Source: Bacteriovoracaceae bacterium
GTDB taxonomy: Bacteria > Bdellovibrionota > Bacteriovoracia > Bacteriovoracales > Bacteriovoracaceae
Length of the DNA stretch: 19,654 nucleotides
Direction of reading: 5' to 3'
NCBI GenBank assembly: GCA_049599895.1
Contig: JBMYPC010000053.1
Location: 1 to 19,654 of the forward strand
The notes under the pieces are model-generated. The model searched no databases and was not told the DNA's origin. It saw only the letters and a program-made list of their open reading frames with translations. Both the position numbers and the translations under genes were made by a program. Below are positions 16,146 through 19,654 of this stretch, in pieces. Each line of letters opens with the position of its first letter. Within the stretch, counting starts at the first letter, position 1.

Positions 16146-16154
16146 ATTGTATCA
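16146..16154 (-). promoter_or_regulatory. Extended -10 promoter, possibly leaderless SDR mRNA
   Basis: TGATACAAT (TGn + TACAAT) followed by 5 nt and then GTG 16140; no SD. Confidence 0.45.
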
Positions 16155-16193
16155 AATTAACGTGCACGGGGTTGGTATTTTTAATGAGAAAAC

Positions 16194-16247
16194 AAAAAAA
16201 AGCCCCCGGTCTGCAGCAACCGCTCCGTAGCAAAGGTTGCCAGTGGC
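16194..16247 (-). terminator. Terminator-like branched hairpin with U8 tail
   Basis: Minus strand GCCACTGG-CAACC-TTT-GCTACGGAGC-GGTTG-CTGCAGA-CCGGGGGC-TTTTTTTT. Confidence 0.5.
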
Positions 16248-16260
16248 AAGCTTTGAAACG

Positions 16261-16401
16261 TCGAGCGGACAAATGATTTCGTTCAGAAATCAGATAAAAC
16301 TAAGAGTATTGTTAAAAATTCAGAGCTGTTTAATCAGCTGGCACTTATTCCGATCACTTTTCGAGCGGACAGATGGTTTCGTTCAGAAACCAGATAAAAC
16401 T
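16261..16401. repeat. Two 41-nt direct repeats, 100-nt period, with an internal hairpin
   Basis: 16261-16301 and 16361-16401 are 38/41 identical. Hairpins TGATTTC-GTTCA-GAAATCA and TGGTTTC-GTTCA-GAAACCA. Confidence 0.9.
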
Positions 16402-16437
16402 TAAAACTTTTTCAGATTATAAAATAGAAAATAAAAA

Positions 16438-16492
16438 CAAAAACCGAAGGTTTTTGGCTCCGCAGGTGACCAGGAAGCGTTAGCGCCCGGTC
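16438..16492 (+). repeat. Structured intergenic element, copy B (related to 1907-2002)
   Basis: CAAAAACC-GAA-GGTTTTTG hairpin, CC-GCA-GG mini-hairpin, TGACCAGG-AAGCGTTAGCG-CCCGGTC. Confidence 0.75.
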
Positions 16493-16530
16493 TTTATATA
16501 TTCATTCTCGGAATACTGATTTGAAAAACG

Positions 16531-16566
16531 AAAAAAAGCCCTGGCCTCATTCGAGGCACTGGGCTT
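16531..16566 (-). terminator. Intrinsic terminator of the flagellin genes
   Basis: Minus strand AAGCCCAGTGCCTC-GAAT-GAGGCCAGGGCTTTTTTT, 24 nt after the stop codon. Confidence 0.85.
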
Positions 16567-16590
16567 AAAAGGTGGTATAAATTTAAAACG

Positions 16591-17424
16591 TTAGCCTAGT
16601 AACTTCATTGCCATGTTAGGCATCTGGTTCGCTTGAGTAAGTATCGACATCCCAGATTGTACGAGTATATTGTTTTTTGCCATGTCGGCACTCTCTTGAG
16701 CGATATCCACATCACGGATACGAGATTTCGCAGCCGATAGGTTCTCGTCGCTAACCGAGAGATTGTTAATAGTCGATGACAATCTGTTTTGTGTCGCACC
16801 CAATGTCGAACGAATACCGTTGACCCTAACAAGTGCATCATCCAATCGTTGGAGCGCTGTTTGCGCACCTTGCTTTGTAAATACTGTCTCTGCAGTAAGT
16901 CCCAATGACTCGAGTGTTGCTGAGTTATTAACCCCATCAAACGATAAGCGATCGAGTAAAGGATCGTTCTTGACTCCGATTTGGAATTCAAGAAGTCCGC
17001 CTGTTCCATCGAGAAGCTTGATTCCATTGAATTCAGAGCCTCTTGCGATACGATCGACTTCCTCTTTAAGCTGTTGGAATTCTTTGTCGCTGAAGCCTCG
17101 CTCCTGAACACCGATGGTGTCTGAAGCGGCTTGAACAGCAAGTTCTCTAAGTCGAATGACGATATTAGAGATTTCTTGTAGTCCACCTTCTGCAACTTGC
17201 ACCATTGAGATAGCATCGCTAGCATTCCTCTTTGCTTGTCTTCCTCCGCGGATCCTAGCTTTTAATTGTTCACTAATTGCCAAGCCAGCGGCATCATCTG
17301 CGGCACGAGTTATTCTCTCACCCGATGATAGTTTTCTTAAGTTATCGTTTAATTTATTATTGTTAATACTCAATGATCTCTGCGCTGCGAGCGAGGGAGC
17401 ATTTGTATTTATTCTGATTCCCAT
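16591..17424 (-). CDS. fliC: Flagellin (short, 277 aa)
   Basis: MGIRINTN, LSSGERITRAADDAAGLAISE, RLRELAVQAA, LGATQNRL, SRIRDVDIA, QANQ. Confidence 0.97.
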   Translation of the reverse strand: MGIRINTNAPSLAAQRSLSINNNKLNDNLRKLSSGERITRAADDAAGLAISEQLKARIRGGRQAKRNASDAISMVQVAEGGLQEISNIVIRLRELAVQAASDTIGVQERGFSDKEFQQLKEEVDRIARGSEFNGIKLLDGTGGLLEFQIGVKNDPLLDRLSFDGVNNSATLESLGLTAETVFTKQGAQTALQRLDDALVRVNGIRSTLGATQNRLSSTINNLSVSDENLSAAKSRIRDVDIAQESADMAKNNILVQSGMSILTQANQMPNMAMKLLG

Positions 17425-17431
17425 AGTTAAT

Positions 17432-17484
17432 CTCCTCTAAACATAATAAACCTCCTGTTTCGTAATCGAACTTCCTTGTTCGAT
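17432..17484 (-). promoter_or_regulatory. CsrA-type GGA-loop hairpins in the flagellin leader
   Basis: AUCGAAC-AAGGAA-GUUCGAU (17465-17484), AAAC-AGGAG-GUUU (17448-17460) and SD AGAGGAG. Confidence 0.65.
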
Positions 17485-17495
17485 GAATTCATTAA

Positions 17496-17522
17496 TAATC
17501 GTTTTAAACCTAATAAACCTTT
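17496..17522 (-). promoter_or_regulatory. sigma28-like promoter of the downstream flagellin
   Basis: AAAGGTTT-N11-AACGATTA versus TAAAGTTT-N11-GCCGATAA. Confidence 0.55.
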
Positions 17523-17556
17523 TTATATTCTTAGCAGGGTTTGTTTTTCTAATTCA

Positions 17557-18405
17557 TTAACCTTGTGAGGCCGAATTAATGAGTGTAAGAGCGTTTCGAG
17601 TACTAGCATTCGCTTGTGCAAGAACTGAAGTACCAGCCTGCATAAGAATGTTGTTTCTCGTTAACTCCGCAGTTTCAGCAGCGATGTCTGTGTCTCTAAT
17701 ACGTGAGTTCGCAGCTGATAAGTTTTCTACACTCGTAGCGATGTTATTAATTGTTGACTGTAGTCTGTTCTGAAGAGCACCAAAGTCAGCTCTAATCCCT
17801 GAAACAGAGATAATTGCCTGGTCAATTGAGGCCAGCGAGTTTTGTGAGCTAATTTTATCTGCAACTGAAGCAAGATTCAGTCCAAGAGCAGCAACGTTAA
17901 CGTCAGCACTTGAAGCGTCGAACGTTAAACGGTCACTTATAGGATCGTTTCTCGTCCCAATCTGAATATCAAAAACAGCACCAGTACCATTAAGGAGTGG
18001 AACTCTGTTGAATTCAGTTGAATTGGAGATACGATCAACTTCTGAAGTAAGCTGTTCAAATTCAACGTTCAAAAACTTTCTTTCCGTTGGGCCGATAGTG
18101 TCTGAAGCGGCTTGAACTGCTAGTTCTCTAAGTCTAATTAAGATGTTTGAAACTTCCCCTAAGGCACCTTCAGCAATCTGAACTAGTGAAATACCATCCT
18201 CGGCGTTTCTTTCTGCTTGTTCTAGACCTCTAACTTGAGCTTTAAGGTTTTCCGAAATTGCCAGACCGGCAGCATCGTCACCAGCGCGGTTGATACGCTG
18301 ACCTGAAGATAATTTCTCCAAGGCGTTGTTCATAGCAAGTCGCGTTCCCCTCAGATTTCTCTGAGCGTTAATCGACGCTACGTTTGTATTAATTCGAAGT
18401 CCCAT
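17557..18405 (-). CDS. fliC: Flagellin (short, 282 aa)
   Basis: MGLRINTN, LSSGQRINRAGDDAAGLAISE, FGALQNRL, SRIRDTDIA, VLAQAN. Confidence 0.97.
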   Translation of the reverse strand: MGLRINTNVASINAQRNLRGTRLAMNNALEKLSSGQRINRAGDDAAGLAISENLKAQVRGLEQAERNAEDGISLVQIAEGALGEVSNILIRLRELAVQAASDTIGPTERKFLNVEFEQLTSEVDRISNSTEFNRVPLLNGTGAVFDIQIGTRNDPISDRLTFDASSADVNVAALGLNLASVADKISSQNSLASIDQAIISVSGIRADFGALQNRLQSTINNIATSVENLSAANSRIRDTDIAAETAELTRNNILMQAGTSVLAQANASTRNALTLINSASQG

Positions 18406-18407
18406 GG

Positions 18408-18447
18408 TTTCCTCCTTGAAATTGGGTCCTAATAAACGTCCTGTTTA
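18408..18447 (-). promoter_or_regulatory. CsrA-type GGA-loop hairpins in the flagellin leader
   Basis: UAAAC-AGGAC-GUUUA (18433-18447) and UUUC-AAGGAG-GAAA (18408-18421), the latter containing the SD. Confidence 0.65.
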
Positions 18448-18480
18448 CTAGAGGGATATGTGAAATCCCCTTCAGAAAAC

Positions 18481-18508
18481 CTATCGTTGTGTTAAGGAGA
18501 AAGTTTTA
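18481..18508 (-). promoter_or_regulatory. sigma28-like promoter of the upstream flagellin
   Basis: (T)AAAACTTT-N11-AACGATAG; same AACGAT variant as the other flagellin promoter. Confidence 0.55.
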
Positions 18509-18516
18509 TATATAAT
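18487..18516 (+). promoter_or_regulatory. sigma70-type promoter of the GNAT gene
   Basis: TTGTGT, 18 nt, TATAAT (18511-18516). Confidence 0.45.
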
Positions 18517-18554
18517 TACGGAGGGGCAACTTTTGCCGATGAGAGGATTTATTA

Positions 18555-19586
18555 ATGCAAACAAAAGTCTTAAGACTCAGTGATAGAGCAGAGTTTGGCG
18601 ATCAAGTCATTCAAGCGATGGAACGAGAATTTGGCTATGATCCAGAGAATAAGGCCATAACAGACTTTTTTCCTCTTCTTAATTCTCATAATTTTTCAAA
18701 TAATTTCATCCTTATAGAGGAAGAAACTGAGACTTTAATAGGTCACATTGGAACAAAGCCTCGAGTTTGGAGCATTGGTGGTGTCGAGTTCCCTATTGTT
18801 CTTATGGGAGGCATCTTTATAGACAATAAATTTCAAGGTCATGGCCTTTTTCGAAACTTCTTTCAAGAAGTCCTCTCCCTTATAGATCCCAATACCCTCT
18901 TTAGTATTCTTTGGAGTGACAAAATGGATCTTTATAAGAAGTTTGGCTTCATTGAACTTGGTGGCCAGATTCAAGCCCAGGAACACTATAAAGAACTTGA
19001 AGACTATAAAAAAGTCTCTCAAAGAGATCTTACTGATGAACAACTTAAAGAAATTAAGTCTCTCTTTGAACAAATGCATTCAAAATGGCTCATGCCCCAT
19101 CGAACTTCTGAAGACTGGAAAGAATGGCAAAACGTAGAATCAGCTTCTTTATACATAAAAGAAGAAAATAAAAGAATTGTTTCTTATTACTTAAAAGACA
19201 AAGGCCAAGACTTAAAAGATATGATTCACGAAATTGGAATCGATCAAAGTCTCTTTGAAACAGAACTTTTAAAGTTTAAAGATAATCGCTCATGGATTCC
19301 CATGCAGCTTTTTCAATTGGATGAGACTTTCTTTCAACTTCAAGTCTCTTGCTTGGCTAAAGCAATCAATCAAAATGTTGTACAGAAGTTTATCGAAGTT
19401 TTTTGCTCTTCAAAAATTAAAGTTCTCGAACTTTTAGAAGATTCAATAATCAAAGTTGAGATACAAAATGAGGTTTTCGATTTTCACATAGAAGACCTTT
19501 TGCAAATTATCTTAGGGCCGACTGTGGTTGATGATTTTCAGGGTAATTTCAGAGGACTCTATTTTCCTGGGATTGATAGCATCTAG
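18555..19586 (+). CDS. GNAT family N-acetyltransferase (Eis-like N-terminal domain)
   Basis: Acetyl-CoA motif A GGIFIDNKFQGHGL, LYKKFGF, GAGAGGA SD. Confidence 0.85.
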   Translation: MQTKVLRLSDRAEFGDQVIQAMEREFGYDPENKAITDFFPLLNSHNFSNNFILIEEETETLIGHIGTKPRVWSIGGVEFPIVLMGGIFIDNKFQGHGLFRNFFQEVLSLIDPNTLFSILWSDKMDLYKKFGFIELGGQIQAQEHYKELEDYKKVSQRDLTDEQLKEIKSLFEQMHSKWLMPHRTSEDWKEWQNVESASLYIKEENKRIVSYYLKDKGQDLKDMIHEIGIDQSLFETELLKFKDNRSWIPMQLFQLDETFFQLQVSCLAKAINQNVVQKFIEVFCSSKIKVLELLEDSIIKVEIQNEVFDFHIEDLLQIILGPTVVDDFQGNFRGLYFPGIDSI

Positions 19587-19654
19587 GGACCACCTTCACG
19601 TAACTGCTCAATAAATTGTTGAGCGGTTATACTGAATAATTTCATACGGCCCTA

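Noticed and set aside
16141..16272. N-terminal extension of the SDR ORF to 372 aa
   Set aside because: Runs through a terminator-like hairpin and U-tract; the Rossmann motif begins just after GTG 16140.
16261..16401. Bona fide CRISPR array
   Set aside because: Only two repeats, a 59-nt spacer and no cas genes in the window; kept as an unexplained repeat.
16438..16530. c-di-GMP-I riboswitch (minus-strand GGGCGCTAACGC resembles GGGCGCAAAGC)
   Set aside because: No upstream GGCAAA and GNRA-capped stem, and the pairing pattern favours the + strand.
18535..18542. GCCGATGA as a sigma28 -10 for the GNAT gene
   Set aside because: No TAAA at the right spacing, and the implied start would exclude the SD.
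120..19137. Many 60-206 aa ORFs overlapping lon, rhs, tad, SDR, flagellin and GNAT genes (including 16605-17225)
   Set aside because: Antisense or alternate-frame shadows of well-supported genes, with no motifs or translation signals.
19597..19632. Hairpin and 20-codon minus-strand ORF at the window end
   Set aside because: Probably a terminator or the 3' end of a convergent gene cut by the window edge; cannot be resolved.

Overview
AT-rich chromosomal window, most likely from a predatory Bdellovibrionota bacterium (Bacteriovorax/Halobacteriovorax-like). This is inferred from gene content and order, not from a database hit. In order it holds: the 3' part of lon; a CheY-like receiver; a membrane-anchored hypothetical; a small secreted protein with a sigma54-like promoter; a REP-associated tyrosine transposase (RAYT) bracketed by two inverted palindromic REPs; a second small secreted protein in the position of the Bdellovibrio hit gene (bd0108); a toxin-less secreted YD/Rhs protein (bd0109-like); and a minus-strand Tad/Flp pilus cluster (flp, minor pilin, tadV/cpaA, three pseudopilins, cpaB, cpaC, a TadZ-TadA fusion, tadB; no tadC). 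After that come a 6S RNA, a hypothetical, an RmlD-like SDR with altered catalytic residues, a 450-bp structured non-coding region, two short flagellins and a GNAT. The non-coding DNA is rich. Sigma28-type promoters precede flp, cpaB, the Rhs gene and both flagellins, and both flagellin leaders carry GGA-loop hairpins typical of CsrA sites. An unidentified structured repeat occurs at 1907-2002 and 16438-16492, and a 41-nt direct repeat with a compensatory base pair occurs at 16261 and 16361. These repeats, and the RAYT/REP unit placed against the hit-like gene, are the best candidates for undescribed biology.
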